From contig CAXXMR010000012.1 of NCBI GenBank assembly GCA_963663805.2, positions 32,001 through 96,000 on the forward strand: a stretch of DNA of 64,000 nt, in the 5' to 3' direction. Under the pieces are notes generated by a model. That model searched no databases and was not told where the DNA came from. It worked only from the letters and a program-made list of their open reading frames with translations. The DNA comes from Sedimentisphaerales bacterium. Its GTDB lineage: Bacteria; Planctomycetota; Phycisphaerae; Sedimentisphaerales; SM23-30. Of the stretch, positions 39,208 to 48,616 are shown piece by piece (positions within the stretch are counted from its first letter, which is position 1; each line of letters begins with the position of its first letter). The translations under genes and the position numbers were made by a program.

Positions 39208-40203
39208 ATGCGTATATTTGAGTCAATTACAGATTATACCGCTCAGGCAGGCCCTGCGGTAATCACGATAGGAAATTTCGACGGGGTTCATGTGGGGCAT
39301 CAGTCGATAATGGCCCGTGCCCGCGAGTTGGCTGATGCGGAGTCATTGCCCCTGCTGGGGGTTACCTTTAACCCGTCGGCGGTAAAAATCCTGCGTCCTG
39401 AACTGGTATCGCACATTTTAACGCCTCGCCCACTGAAAATCCGGCTTTTGGCCCAACAGGGACTGGACAGCCTGTTAATAATTACGCCCGACAGCGATTT
39501 TCTGAGGCTTTCCCCGGAACAGTTTGTCCGGGAGATACTTATCGACAAACTAAGGGTCCACCATATCGTCGAAGGACAGACCTTCAATTTCGGCAGACAT
39601 CGCAAGGGGACCATGCTCACCCTCCAGGAATTTGGGGGCAAAATGGGTTTCCAGGCCCATATGGTGTCCGCTCGCAAGATTGAACTGCCCGATGTCGGCT
39701 CGGTCGCAGTCAGCAGCACCCTGACCAGACAGCAGGTGCGGGCCGGCCGAATGCTCAACACCCGTTCATGCCTCGGACGCAGCTATACCTTGCTCGGTAA
39801 GGTCGTGCCCGGCCGCCATATAGGGCGTGAGATTGGTTTTCCTACCGCCAATCTTGCATTGGACGAACTCGACCAGCTGGTGCCCGATGACGGGGTTTAT
39901 GCCGGTTATGCCCGACTGGGTGATTCTCTGGAGCAGGCCTGGGATAGTCCTCACAGGTTGTCGGCGGCGATAAGTATCGGCCATTGCGAGACTTTTGACA
40001 ATGGCAGGTGGCAAATCGAGACATTTTTGCTGGATTATGATGGGCCGACCGATTCGCTTTACGACAAAAATATCCTGCTATCAATAGAGCAGAGAATTCG
40101 GCCTCAGCAAAAGTTTGAAAACGCCCAGGAACTCTCAGCCGAAATCAGCAACGATTGTCAGCGGGTTCGGGAAATTATAGCGAAAAATGGAGTTGACCTT
40201 TGA
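39208..40203 (+). CDS. ribF: Riboflavin kinase/FAD synthetase
   Basis: IGNFDGVHVGHQ, SST and GFPTAN. Confidence 0.95.
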   Translation: MRIFESITDYTAQAGPAVITIGNFDGVHVGHQSIMARARELADAESLPLLGVTFNPSAVKILRPELVSHILTPRPLKIRLLAQQGLDSLLIITPDSDFLRLSPEQFVREILIDKLRVHHIVEGQTFNFGRHRKGTMLTLQEFGGKMGFQAHMVSARKIELPDVGSVAVSSTLTRQQVRAGRMLNTRSCLGRSYTLLGKVVPGRHIGREIGFPTANLALDELDQLVPDDGVYAGYARLGDSLEQAWDSPHRLSAAISIGHCETFDNGRWQIETFLLDYDGPTDSLYDKNILLSIEQRIRPQQKFENAQELSAEISNDCQRVREIIAKNGVDL

Positions 40204-41198
40204 TGGATTATAATGCCGCTATCGAAAAAATACGCTCAGCCCGGAATATTCTGCTGACCACCCATACCCGCCCCGACGGTGACGCTATCGGCTCGCTGGT
40301 AGGTCTAAGGACCGCCTTGCTCGCTGGTACCGGATGTGACAATGTCCAGATTCTGCTGCTCAGCAAGGTCGCCGACAACTACCGTTTTCTGTTGGATGGT
40401 AACGAATGGATATGGTCGGTTAATTTCGACGAAGCTGCTCTTGCCGCCGGTAAACTGGATGCGTTTGATTTGGTCATTGTCTGTGATACCCGTGCCGCCA
40501 AACAGTTGCCCGGCATTGCCGATTACCTGCGCTCCCGCAACGAAAGTGTTGTCGCTATCGACCATCATGTAAGTGGCGATGATATAGGTAGTTGTCAGAT
40601 TGTCGAAACTCAGGCCTGTGCCGCCGGGGAGATTGTTTATAAATTTATTTGTGCCGCCGGCTGGCCTCTGAACGAAAAATCCGCCGCGGCCCTTTATGTC
40701 GCGATTTGTACTGATACCGGCTGGTTCCGGTTCGAGAACACCACCAGTGCCGCTATGCGTGCCGCCGGTGAGCTTATCGATGCAGGCGCTCGGCCTGATA
40801 CGCTCTACGAAAAACTCTTCCTCGATTTCCCGCCCGAACGGCTCAAACTCGTAAGCCGGGCCCTGGATAGTCTGGAATTGCATTGCGATAACCGCTTAGC
40901 TATTATGCGCATAACCAACCGCGACCTCGCCGAGACCGGTGCCCATCGTACCCTCATCGAGAATATCGTAAATACTTGCCAGGAAATAGGTTCTTTGCAA
41001 GTTTGGGTGTTGCTGGTCGAACAGAAGGATGGCCATACCAGATGCAGTTTCCGCAGCCGCGGCGGAGTGGATGTAAACGTGATTGCCAACCAGTTCCACG
41101 GTGGAGGCCACGCCCGTGCCGCTGGTGCCACCATAGAACTGCCCCCCGAACAAGCTGCAAAAAAAATCCGCGAGACTATTGAATCTGCCTTATGTTGA
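40203..41198 (+). CDS. nrnA: DHH/DHHA1 oligoribonuclease/PAP phosphatase
   Basis: HTRPDGD, IDHH, TDTG and GGGHARAAG. Confidence 0.92.
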   Translation: MDYNAAIEKIRSARNILLTTHTRPDGDAIGSLVGLRTALLAGTGCDNVQILLLSKVADNYRFLLDGNEWIWSVNFDEAALAAGKLDAFDLVIVCDTRAAKQLPGIADYLRSRNESVVAIDHHVSGDDIGSCQIVETQACAAGEIVYKFICAAGWPLNEKSAAALYVAICTDTGWFRFENTTSAAMRAAGELIDAGARPDTLYEKLFLDFPPERLKLVSRALDSLELHCDNRLAIMRITNRDLAETGAHRTLIENIVNTCQEIGSLQVWVLLVEQKDGHTRCSFRSRGGVDVNVIANQFHGGGHARAAGATIELPPEQAAKKIRETIESALC

Positions 41199-41470
41199 CT
41201 GTAAGAGGGTGGTTCTGAAAAACAGGTTCTTCCCTGAAAATCTGCAGCCAGAGGCGTATCGCACTGGTAGATTGCCGCGGCGGTGCCCGCCTTTGGCAGA
41301 AGTTATATTATCATGTCGCTGGTGTTTTATGCTGTTGCTGGTTATTTGTTTTTGGGGTCAATAGCGATTCAGTTGTTATTGAAATACGATCAAGTGAAAT
41401 TTCACTTGAGGAAGTCGGTGTGGGTGACTTAGGTGGGTGATGTGGGTATGTTATGAGTGAACGGTATCGC

Positions 41471-41566
41471 CTCTTACAAATGAAATCTTGCGCAAAATGG
41501 CCACAATTTACCAGAGCCGCGTACGTAAGTAAGCGGTGCCGTTAAAATCCGCGAAACCCGCGTAAT
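41471..41566 (-). repeat. Family B repeat, the copy interrupted by the IS110 remnant (continues at 42314-42330)
   Basis: Reverse complement matches 8246-8349 and 57801-57845. Confidence 0.8.
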
Positions 41567-41699
41567 CCTATGAACCGGAGCCGTGTCAACCGTTATATCA
41601 CAACATTTTTTCATCTTTTTTTCGCATAAACTTCTCGCATACCAGCGGCGTTAGCAGTCGCCGGGCCATCATGGCGGCGTCAGCCGGGGGGAAACCGGC

Positions 41700-41960
41700 G
41701 GGCCGGAAGCCCGAGCCGCGGTTTCACCGTCCCCCAACCAAAACCGCGAGGTGGTGGGGCCGGTCATCTGTCACCAAACAGCAGGCTGACGGGAGCAAAC
41801 GGGTCACAACGGCCCAAACTCCTATTCGTGCTCACCCAAAAGCGGCACATCAAACTTTATACGGCCCAAAGCTCCCATTCTCCGCGGCGTGATCCCGACA
41901 AAAAGCCGACTCACATTACGCAGACCGAGATCCTTTGGTTATCCCGTCAGACCTAAAACC
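41700..41960 (-). ncRNA. Candidate bridge RNA/seekRNA of the IS110 remnant (boundaries approximate)
   Basis: Two parallel internal-loop modules with segments matching the insertion target (GCGTAAT, CCGCGGA) and the element end (ATAGGA). Confidence 0.7.
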
Positions 41961-41966
41961 ATATCG

Positions 41967-42313
41967 CTAAGCCGCTTCCTCCAGAATTTTTTTCACCAAA
42001 GTCTCATTAAACATCTCGCCATTAATCAGCATTGCTCGCATTATACACAACAATTTACGCCCCAGAGCCACAATAGCGACGTTTTTGCGAGATTCATGCC
42101 CATTCTTCTTTATCCGCTCATAAAACGCCCGCAAAGCCGGACATCCACAAACGATTAGCCCCGCTCCACCAACTGCCCTTGAACTCCGCCCCGACGATAA
42201 CCGCGCGCCTCCAAAGTCGCCCGAATCCGATTCTTCAGAAGCACCACCTTGTCAACCGTCTTCTTGCGATGCAAAATCAACTCCCGCCACTGCCGAACTT
42301 CTTTCGAGGGCAT
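41967..42313 (-). pseudogene. IS110-family recombinase fragments (5'-truncated, internally deleted, frameshifted)
   Basis: Hand translation gives MPSKEVRQWRELILHRKKTVDKVVLLKNRIRATLEARG / FKGSWWSGANRLW / CPALRAFYERIKKNGHESRKNVAIVAL / RKLLCIMRAML...EEAA*. Confidence 0.85.
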
Positions 42314-42439
42314 ATCCGCGGTTAAATATTTTTGTTGTTTATGTTGTTTTGAATTTTGTGTTTAGAATTTAGAGCTTAGGGTTTCCAGTTTATCTGGGTC
42401 AGGGGTTGTTGACGATACTGTTTTGTGTTTTGGGGGGAT

Positions 42440-42640
42440 TTACTTTTTGCGTTTGATGGTTATTATTCCGCCCAGAGATAACAGCAGCAGGCATGATGGT
42501 TCGGGGATTACTGAAGATGCGTCACCGGTGATATTTGTAAAATCTATAGTAAATTGATTTTGGCCTGACCCGAAAATGTCCGCAGAGGTGATACTGTATG
42601 AAATTAGTAGACACATACAACTTAATATAGATTTCTTCAT
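42440..42640 (-). CDS. Miniature PEP-CTERM protein (probable internal-deletion remnant)
   Basis: Signal peptide, ADIFGSGQNQFTIDF, then directly VIPEPSCLLLLSLGGIITIKRKK. Confidence 0.75.
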   Translation of the reverse strand: MKKSILSCMCLLISYSITSADIFGSGQNQFTIDFTNITGDASSVIPEPSCLLLLSLGGIITIKRKK

Positions 42641-42694
42641 GACATTCTATATTGTAACGAAAACGTTAACGGTCAGATATCGGCCTGTGTTTAT

Positions 42695-43900
42695 TTAATT
42701 CTGATCTTCTATGGGGATGCATGATGGATTTTCAGGACTCTGCCTGCAATTGATCAACCAATTTGAAGCCATCTGGGCAAAATCGCCAAGGTCAACAACA
42801 CAGTTTCCGTCAAGGTCACCAGTCAGTTCAAACAAGCACGGCGGGTTAGAAATGTTAGCAATCCACGCTTCATCGTTACCGTCAGGGTTAGTGCCGTAAC
42901 CGACAATAGTCATACCGTCAGCCGATATACCGCTACCGGTCCCCAAGTGTCCAGCCGCTAAGATCAAGAGCATGTTCATGTTCCAAAACAACTTTGAGGT
43001 CCCTCATGCTGTTTACAGCATCCCAGATAATTACCTGGCCGCTGGATGAACCCACAATCACCGAACCGTCACTGGAGACATCCCCTGGAGTAAAGCTGCC
43101 AATGGAAACCATTCCGTCCGCAGCGGTCCAGCGAAAGGCTGAACCTCCACTTGTGCCGGCAACTACCAAGCCATCAGCGGATACTGCCATTGCCGTGCTG
43201 TTTGAGGCGTCCGGTAATAAGCCGAGGCTTTGCATGCCACCGGTTGGTGTCCAGCGAAAAGCTCTCTCTGACGTTCCTGATGTCTGATTACTGTTCGCAC
43301 AAAAACCAACTACCACCACCCCATCATCAGACACAGCAAATGCCATACTTGAATCCATGCCCGGCAAATATCCCAGTCCGACCATGCCGCTTGCCGAAGT
43401 CCCAGCGAAAAGCTTCCTGCTCAGCATTTTCAGTGAAAAACCAGATGCGTATTTCATCACCTACGATTACTGAGCCATCAGCGGAAGCGTCAATAGCCCA
43501 GCTGCTGCCCATATCGGCAGAGCTTGAAGTTGACCCCAGTGACCGCATGGTCCCTCCATTGTCCCAATATGCTGATGCCCCGGTTGCATAACAATTACCA
43601 ACTACAATCGCACCGTCACTGGAAATACCATTGCCGTTAGTCGCCGCTCCCAACCCAACCATGCCGCCCGCAGCAGTCCATTTAAAAGCCTGACGTGCGT
43701 GATCATCACCGTTTGATATATCAACACTTGTTCCGGAAACAACATGTACCGTCCGCGGAAACGCCACTAGCCGAACTGTCAAAAATGCCGCCCGGCAAAT
43801 CTCCAAGCCCCTGAAAACCGCCCGCCTTCGCTTCCATTGCTGAAAAGATACATATAGACAAAGACAAAATCGAAACCGCTACCAACCTGGCTTGTAACAT
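42695..43900 (-). pseudogene. Secreted HAF-repeat-like protein with C-terminal dockerin-like domain, split by three frameshifts
   Basis: FQGLGDLPGG, repeated SADGSVIVG/AFRWT units and GDLDGNCVVDLGDFAQMASNWL across four ORF pieces. Shifts near 43745, 43402 and 42940. Confidence 0.8.
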
Positions 43901-44135
43901 TTTCTCACCTTCCGTTATTGATTGCACTAATTACTTACTGTGCGATTTTGCATAATAAACACACAATTTGCCATATGTTACCATAATCTCTTTCCAAGTC
44001 CAAAACAATAAATCGCCCCTGTGCATTGCATAAAGACAGGGTTTGACAGATTTGGGGTTGTTTGTTTTCGGGGTGGGTCTATAATATTGTAATTTTGCGG
44101 AACTTGTTTATTTGTCGGGAAATATGGGATTTGAA

Positions 44136-45467
44136 ATGTCGATATTGCGTGTTGTAAATAGCTCTGACAGCGATTTTGAGGCGGTTTGGGGGCAGTTGCG
44201 GGGTAAACTTAGTCTGGCGGGCGAGCTGCTGGATAACCGGGTTCGGCTGGAGGCTGTACATGATATTGTCAGTTCGGTCCGGCAGGGTGGAGATGCTGCG
44301 GTGGCTGAACTTACGGCGAAATTTGATGGGGTGACGCTTGGGCCTGCGGAGTTTCGGGTGGCTGAAAGTGAGCTTAAAAAGGCTCATGCGGGGATGAACG
44401 CCAAGCTGTTGGCGGCGGTGCAAGAGTCGGTAGCTAATGTTCGGGCGTATCAGGAAGCGATCAAAATATCAGGGCCGGCGGACTGGGTGGCTGACGGTAA
44501 ACGGTTGGGGGTACGTTATTTACCACTGAAAAGGGTGGGGGCTTGTGTGCCGGGTGCTTCGGCTCCTCTGGTCTCAACGGTGATAATGACGGTGGTGCCG
44601 GCTCAGGTGGCGGGGGTTGAGGAAGTGGCGGTGATAAGTTCACCCAGCTTTGAGGGCAGCATACACCCGGCAATATTAGGGGTATGTTATGAGCTGGGTG
44701 TTAAGGAAGTTTACCGGGTGAGCGGGGCTCAGGGGGTGGCGGCGTTGGCTTTTGGGACCGATACGATTGGTAAGGTTGATAAGATTGTCGGGCCTAGCAG
44801 TTGGTGGGGGCAGTTGGCGAAGAAGGAAGTTTACGGGCTGGTGGATATTGACAGTTTCGCGGGGCCCAGCGAGGTGTTGATTCTGGCAGACGGTTCGGCG
44901 AAGGCGGCGTGGGTGGCGGCGGATATGCTCAGTCAGGCGGAACACGCCCCAGGCAGTGCGATTCTGGTGACCGATTCGGCGGAGCTGGCGAGCGAAGTTG
45001 AGAAGCAGTTGGAAGAACAACTGGCTCGGCTGGGGCGGGCGGTGGAGACGCGGCAATATGTGGAAGATTTCAGCTTGGCGATCGTAACGCGGGATATGGA
45101 TGAGGCGATTGGAATCGCCAATGATTTTGCGGCGGAGCATTTGCAGATTCAGTGTCGCGATAGTGACACGGTGGCAAAGCGGATAGTTAATGCCGGAGCG
45201 ATATTTATTGGTCATTATACGCCGGTGGCGGTGGGTGATTATTACGCGGGGCCTTCGCATACACTGCCGACAGGTGGCTCAGCTCGGTTCTTCGGGGCGC
45301 TGAATGTGAACGACTTTTTGAAGCAGACGAGTATCATCAGCTATGACAAAAATGCTCTTAATGCGGCAGCGGATGCGATTAAGACTATCGCTGACGCGGA
45401 AGGGTTGGGGGCACACGGTAATTCGGTGACAATCAGGCAAGAGGCAGCAGGCAAGAGGCAAAAGTGA
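44136..45467 (+). CDS. hisD: Histidinol dehydrogenase
   Basis: VDKIVGP, AGPSEVL, DMLSQAEH, AEHL and GDYYAGPSHTLPT. Confidence 0.96.
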   Translation: MSILRVVNSSDSDFEAVWGQLRGKLSLAGELLDNRVRLEAVHDIVSSVRQGGDAAVAELTAKFDGVTLGPAEFRVAESELKKAHAGMNAKLLAAVQESVANVRAYQEAIKISGPADWVADGKRLGVRYLPLKRVGACVPGASAPLVSTVIMTVVPAQVAGVEEVAVISSPSFEGSIHPAILGVCYELGVKEVYRVSGAQGVAALAFGTDTIGKVDKIVGPSSWWGQLAKKEVYGLVDIDSFAGPSEVLILADGSAKAAWVAADMLSQAEHAPGSAILVTDSAELASEVEKQLEEQLARLGRAVETRQYVEDFSLAIVTRDMDEAIGIANDFAAEHLQIQCRDSDTVAKRIVNAGAIFIGHYTPVAVGDYYAGPSHTLPTGGSARFFGALNVNDFLKQTSIISYDKNALNAAADAIKTIADAEGLGAHGNSVTIRQEAAGKRQK

Positions 45468-45505
45468 ACGGCGTGGTGCGATCTGGCGACCGGGTTGTTT
45501 TATTT
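45435..45505 (+). repeat. Family A module overlapping the hisD 3' end
   Basis: AGGCAAGAGGCAGCAGGCAAGAGGCAAAAGTGAACGGCGTGGTG-hairpin-GTTGTTTTATTT. Confidence 0.8.
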
Positions 45506-45521
45506 GGGACTGGAGTTTGTG

Positions 45522-46564
45522 GTGAGTTTTAGGTTTCGGGATAATATAGAGCGGATGGCGGGTTACGTGCCGGGGTTTCAGCCAACGGACGCCGGAGCGG
45601 TTAAGATAAATACCAATGAAAATCCTTATCCGCCTGCTAAGGGTGTTTTTGAGGCATTGGCGGGGTTTGACGGATTTGCAGTTGCGGCGTTATCCGCCGA
45701 TCGAGTGGGACGCGTTTCGTAAAACGGCGGCGCGGGTGCATGGGATTGATGAGAAAATGGTGGTATGCGGGAACGGCGGGGATGAACTGCTAACGATGCT
45801 GGTGCGGCTTTGTTGTGACCGGAAGAGAGGGCTGGCATATCCGGTGCCGACATATACGCTTTATCCGGTTTTGGCGGAGATTCAGGATTGTCCGGTTTAT
45901 GAAGTGCCGTTCGCTGATGATTACGCGATACCAGCGGGGTTGGCGAAGACTGGTGCGGCGTTAACGATATTGTGTAATCCGAATGCGCCTACTTGCAGCT
46001 ATATTGAGGCCGGCGGCGATTGAGGAACTTGCTAAGGCGGTGGCAGGGGTGCTGCTGATAGATGAGGCTTATGCTGATTTTGCGCCGGGGAATTGTCAGG
46101 AGCTTTTGGGGCGGTATGAGAATGTGGCGATCCTGCGGAGTATGAGCAAGGGTTATTCGCTGGCGGGGATGCGGTTTGGTTATCTGCTGGCGAGCGAACG
46201 GATTGTTGCCGGGCTGATGAAGGTTAAGGATTCTTATAATGTGAATATCGCGGCTCAGGCGGCGGCGACGGCGGCTTTGGCGGACCAGGAATATTTCAGG
46301 GGGAACGTTAAGAAGATCATCGCTCAGCGGGAACGGCTAGTAAAGGCACTGCGGGGGTATGGGTTCGCAACGCGGGACAGTCATACGAATTTTGTTTTGA
46401 CGACGGTTGGGCCGCGGGCTAAGGAGATTTATGACGGGCTTTGCGAACGAGGGATTTATGTGCGGTACTGGAGTACGGGCGAGATGGCGGATAAGCTGCG
46501 GATTTCGGTGGGGTCGGCGGCGGAAATGGATAAGCTGCTGGCAGTATTAGAAGAAGTGGTTTGA
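45522..46564 (+). CDS. hisC: Histidinol-phosphate aminotransferase with two apparent frameshifts (about 45665 and 46008)
   Basis: NTNENPY, RRYP, GNGGDE, CNPNAPT, IDEAY and RSMSKGYSLAGMR spread over three frames. Pseudogene versus sequencing error is unresolved. Confidence 0.88.
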
Positions 46565-46680
46565 CGGCAGGCATGAGGCAAAAGGCATAAGTGACACGGC
46601 GAGGTTTCGCCTTTGGCGATAGTTTTTTTATTTAACGTCAACGGCGTGGTGCCGGTCTGTGACCGGGTTGTTTTAATTAA
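46562..46680 (+). repeat. Family A module, two units, between hisC and hisB
   Basis: ACGGCAGGCATGAGGCAAAAGGCATAAGTGACACGGC-hairpin...AACGGCGTGGTG-hairpin-GTTGTTTT. Confidence 0.75.
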
Positions 46681-46729
46681 AGGCAATGGCAGTCAAAAAA
46701 AGTACCGGACACCTTTTTGGAGAGCTATT

Positions 46730-47317
46730 ATGGGTGATCGTAAGGTAGAAGTTAAACGTGAGACCAAGGAAACGGATATTGAGCTTAAGCTGAATCTGGA
46801 TGGTTCGGGTGATTATAAGATCGAGACGGGATGCGGTTTCTTTGACCATATGCTCTCGCATGTGGCTAAGCACGGCAGGATTGATTTGAAGCTTAAGGCT
46901 AAGGGTGATTTGCATATAGACGCTCATCATACGGTTGAGGATGTGGGGATCGTTTTGGGCGAGGCGTTGGATAAGGCTCTGGGTGACAAGAAGGGAATCG
47001 TGCGGTTTGGGGCAGCTAAGGTGCCGATGGAAGATAGTCTGGCGGAGGTGGCGATCGATATTTGCGGGCGGCCTCACCTGGTGTTTAATGTTGAGTTTCG
47101 GGGCGGTAAGGTTGGTGATTTTGATGTGGAGCTGGTGGAGGAGTTTATGCGGGCGTTTTCGAATAACGCCAAATTGAATTTGCATGTCAATGTGCCTTAT
47201 GGCACGAATAATCATCATATCGCCGAGTCGGTGTTTAAGGCTTTGGGGCGGGCGCTGGCGGAGGCGGTTAGCTTTAGCGGCACGGATGAGATACCCAGTA
47301 CCAAAGGTGTGCTGTGA
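46730..47317 (+). CDS. hisB: Imidazoleglycerol-phosphate dehydratase
   Basis: RETKET, FFDHML, HHTVED, NHHIAE and PSTKGVL. Confidence 0.97.
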   Translation: MGDRKVEVKRETKETDIELKLNLDGSGDYKIETGCGFFDHMLSHVAKHGRIDLKLKAKGDLHIDAHHTVEDVGIVLGEALDKALGDKKGIVRFGAAKVPMEDSLAEVAIDICGRPHLVFNVEFRGGKVGDFDVELVEEFMRAFSNNAKLNLHVNVPYGTNNHHIAESVFKALGRALAEAVSFSGTDEIPSTKGVL

Positions 47318-48036
47318 ACGGGGCGGGTTTAAAAGGGTCTATCGAAGCGCTGGTTTTTGATCTGGATGATACGCTTTATCCGGAGATGGATTATGTGTGG
47401 AGCGGGTATCGGGCGGTGGCGGCGCGGCTGGCGGGGGCGGATGGTGCGGCGGATAAAATTTTCGGGATGCTCAAGGCGACGTTTGAAAGTGGGGACAGGA
47501 GCAGGGTTTTTAATCGGGTGCTGGAGCAGTTGGGGCGGGCGGCGGATGGTCAGGTGGTTGCGGAACTGGTGAGTGTTTATCGTTGTCATCGGCCTGTTAT
47601 TCAGCTTGACGATGGGGTACGGGAGCTGCTGGAGGGTTGGCGGGATGAGTATCGACTGGGGCTGATTACGGATGGTTATCTGCCGGGCCAGCGGCTAAAG
47701 GTGGAGGCGCTGGGGATTGAAGATTTGTTTGATAAGATTATCTATACCGAGCAGTTGGGGCGGGAGTTCTGGAAGCCGTCAACGCGTGCATTTGAATTAA
47801 TGAGCGAGGCACTGGACTGCGCGGGGGACAGTTGTGTTTATGTGGGTGATAACTGCGGGAAAGATTTCATAGGGCCTAACAAGCTGGGGTGGCAGACGGT
47901 GCGGTTTAAACGGGCGGGAGGGATTAATGAGAATGTGCAGGCGGTTGAAGGTGGTGATGCCGGGGAGGTGATTGGTTGTTTGGGGGAGTTGGTTTTTAAC
48001 GGCAGGCAAGAGGCAAGAGGCAAGAGGCAAAAGTGA
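47314..48036 (+). CDS. HAD-family hydrolase
   Basis: FDLDDTLY, LITDG, WKP and YVGDNCGKDF; GTGA overlap with hisB. Confidence 0.9.
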   Translation: MNGAGLKGSIEALVFDLDDTLYPEMDYVWSGYRAVAARLAGADGAADKIFGMLKATFESGDRSRVFNRVLEQLGRAADGQVVAELVSVYRCHRPVIQLDDGVRELLEGWRDEYRLGLITDGYLPGQRLKVEALGIEDLFDKIIYTEQLGREFWKPSTRAFELMSEALDCAGDSCVYVGDNCGKDFIGPNKLGWQTVRFKRAGGINENVQAVEGGDAGEVIGCLGELVFNGRQEARGKRQK

Positions 48037-48072
48037 ACGGCGTGGTGTCGCCTTGGGCAAAGCTGTTTATTG
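47994..48072 (+). repeat. Family A module overlapping the HAD gene 3' end
   Basis: AACGGC(AGGCAAG)3AGGCAAAAGTGAACGGCGTGGTG-hairpin. Confidence 0.8.
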
Positions 48073-48082
48073 GGCTAATAAT

Positions 48083-48111
48083 AAAGCCCGTCGGGTGGGA
48101 CGGGCTTTTTT
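48083..48111. terminator. Intrinsic terminator, probably bidirectional
   Basis: AAAGCCCGTC/GACGGGCTTT stem with a T run. Confidence 0.85.
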
Positions 48112-48137
48112 GAGGGATTGACAGTAAAGGGGGTATT

Positions 48138-48350
48138 CTATTTGTTACCGGCGATTAAATCGCGGATTTTGTACGCTGTTATTTTTGTTTCTTCAGCGAT
48201 GGTTTCTATGGTTTGGGCGGGGTTTTCGAAATTTGCCGCTTGCGCTCTTTTTTCGGGGTTGATAATGTTATCCACAGACACCTTGCCGGGCATTAGGATG
48301 AACAACATTACTATCGCACCGACGAAGAAACCAAATAAAACCTTAAACAT
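48138..48350 (-). CDS. Small single-TM hypothetical protein
   Basis: GGAGG ribosome-binding site, N-terminal hydrophobic helix, ends before the terminator. Confidence 0.65.
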   Translation of the reverse strand: MFKVLFGFFVGAIVMLFILMPGKVSVDNIINPEKRAQAANFENPAQTIETIAEETKITAYKIRDLIAGNK

Positions 48351-48616
48351 GGACTGCCTCCATAAATTTTCTCCTGACTCTCCTGTGGAATCACATGTTT
48401 GTATTGAACTTGCTATAAGATAACTTATATAGGTGGTTGGGGCAAATTGGGGAGGCGAGAAAAATTAAAAATGAGTAAAAATAGGTAAGCGGGATATGAA
48501 TTTTTCGGTTTGTGCGGGTGAAAAGGATGGAATTTTGGTGGGGTTAGGCGTTTTTTGTCGATTTGAAGGTATAATCCTGTAAAGTATGCAAAATAACTTG
48601 AAAAAGGGACGTTAAA

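Larger units (their letters stand above)
41567..42313 (-). mobile_element. IS110/IS1111-type element remnant with non-coding 3' end
   Basis: Transposase fragments are followed by about 400 nt of structured non-coding sequence ending TTGACA...TTCATAGGAT. ATCC is present at both junctions (41565-41568 and 42314-42317). Confidence 0.85.

Noticed and set aside
41671..42158. Plus-strand ORFs 41671-41892 and 41889-42158
   Set aside because: Antisense to the IS110 fragments and their non-coding end.
42348..42386. Degenerate TTTAGAA/CTTAGGG heptamer run
   Set aside because: Too short and seen only once in the window, so no separate call is supported.
43930..44135. His attenuator upstream of hisD
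   Set aside because: No His-codon run or terminator hairpin found.
45435..48072. Repeats as a CRISPR array
   Set aside because: Copies are dispersed and variable, with no constant repeat-spacer period and no cas genes in the window.
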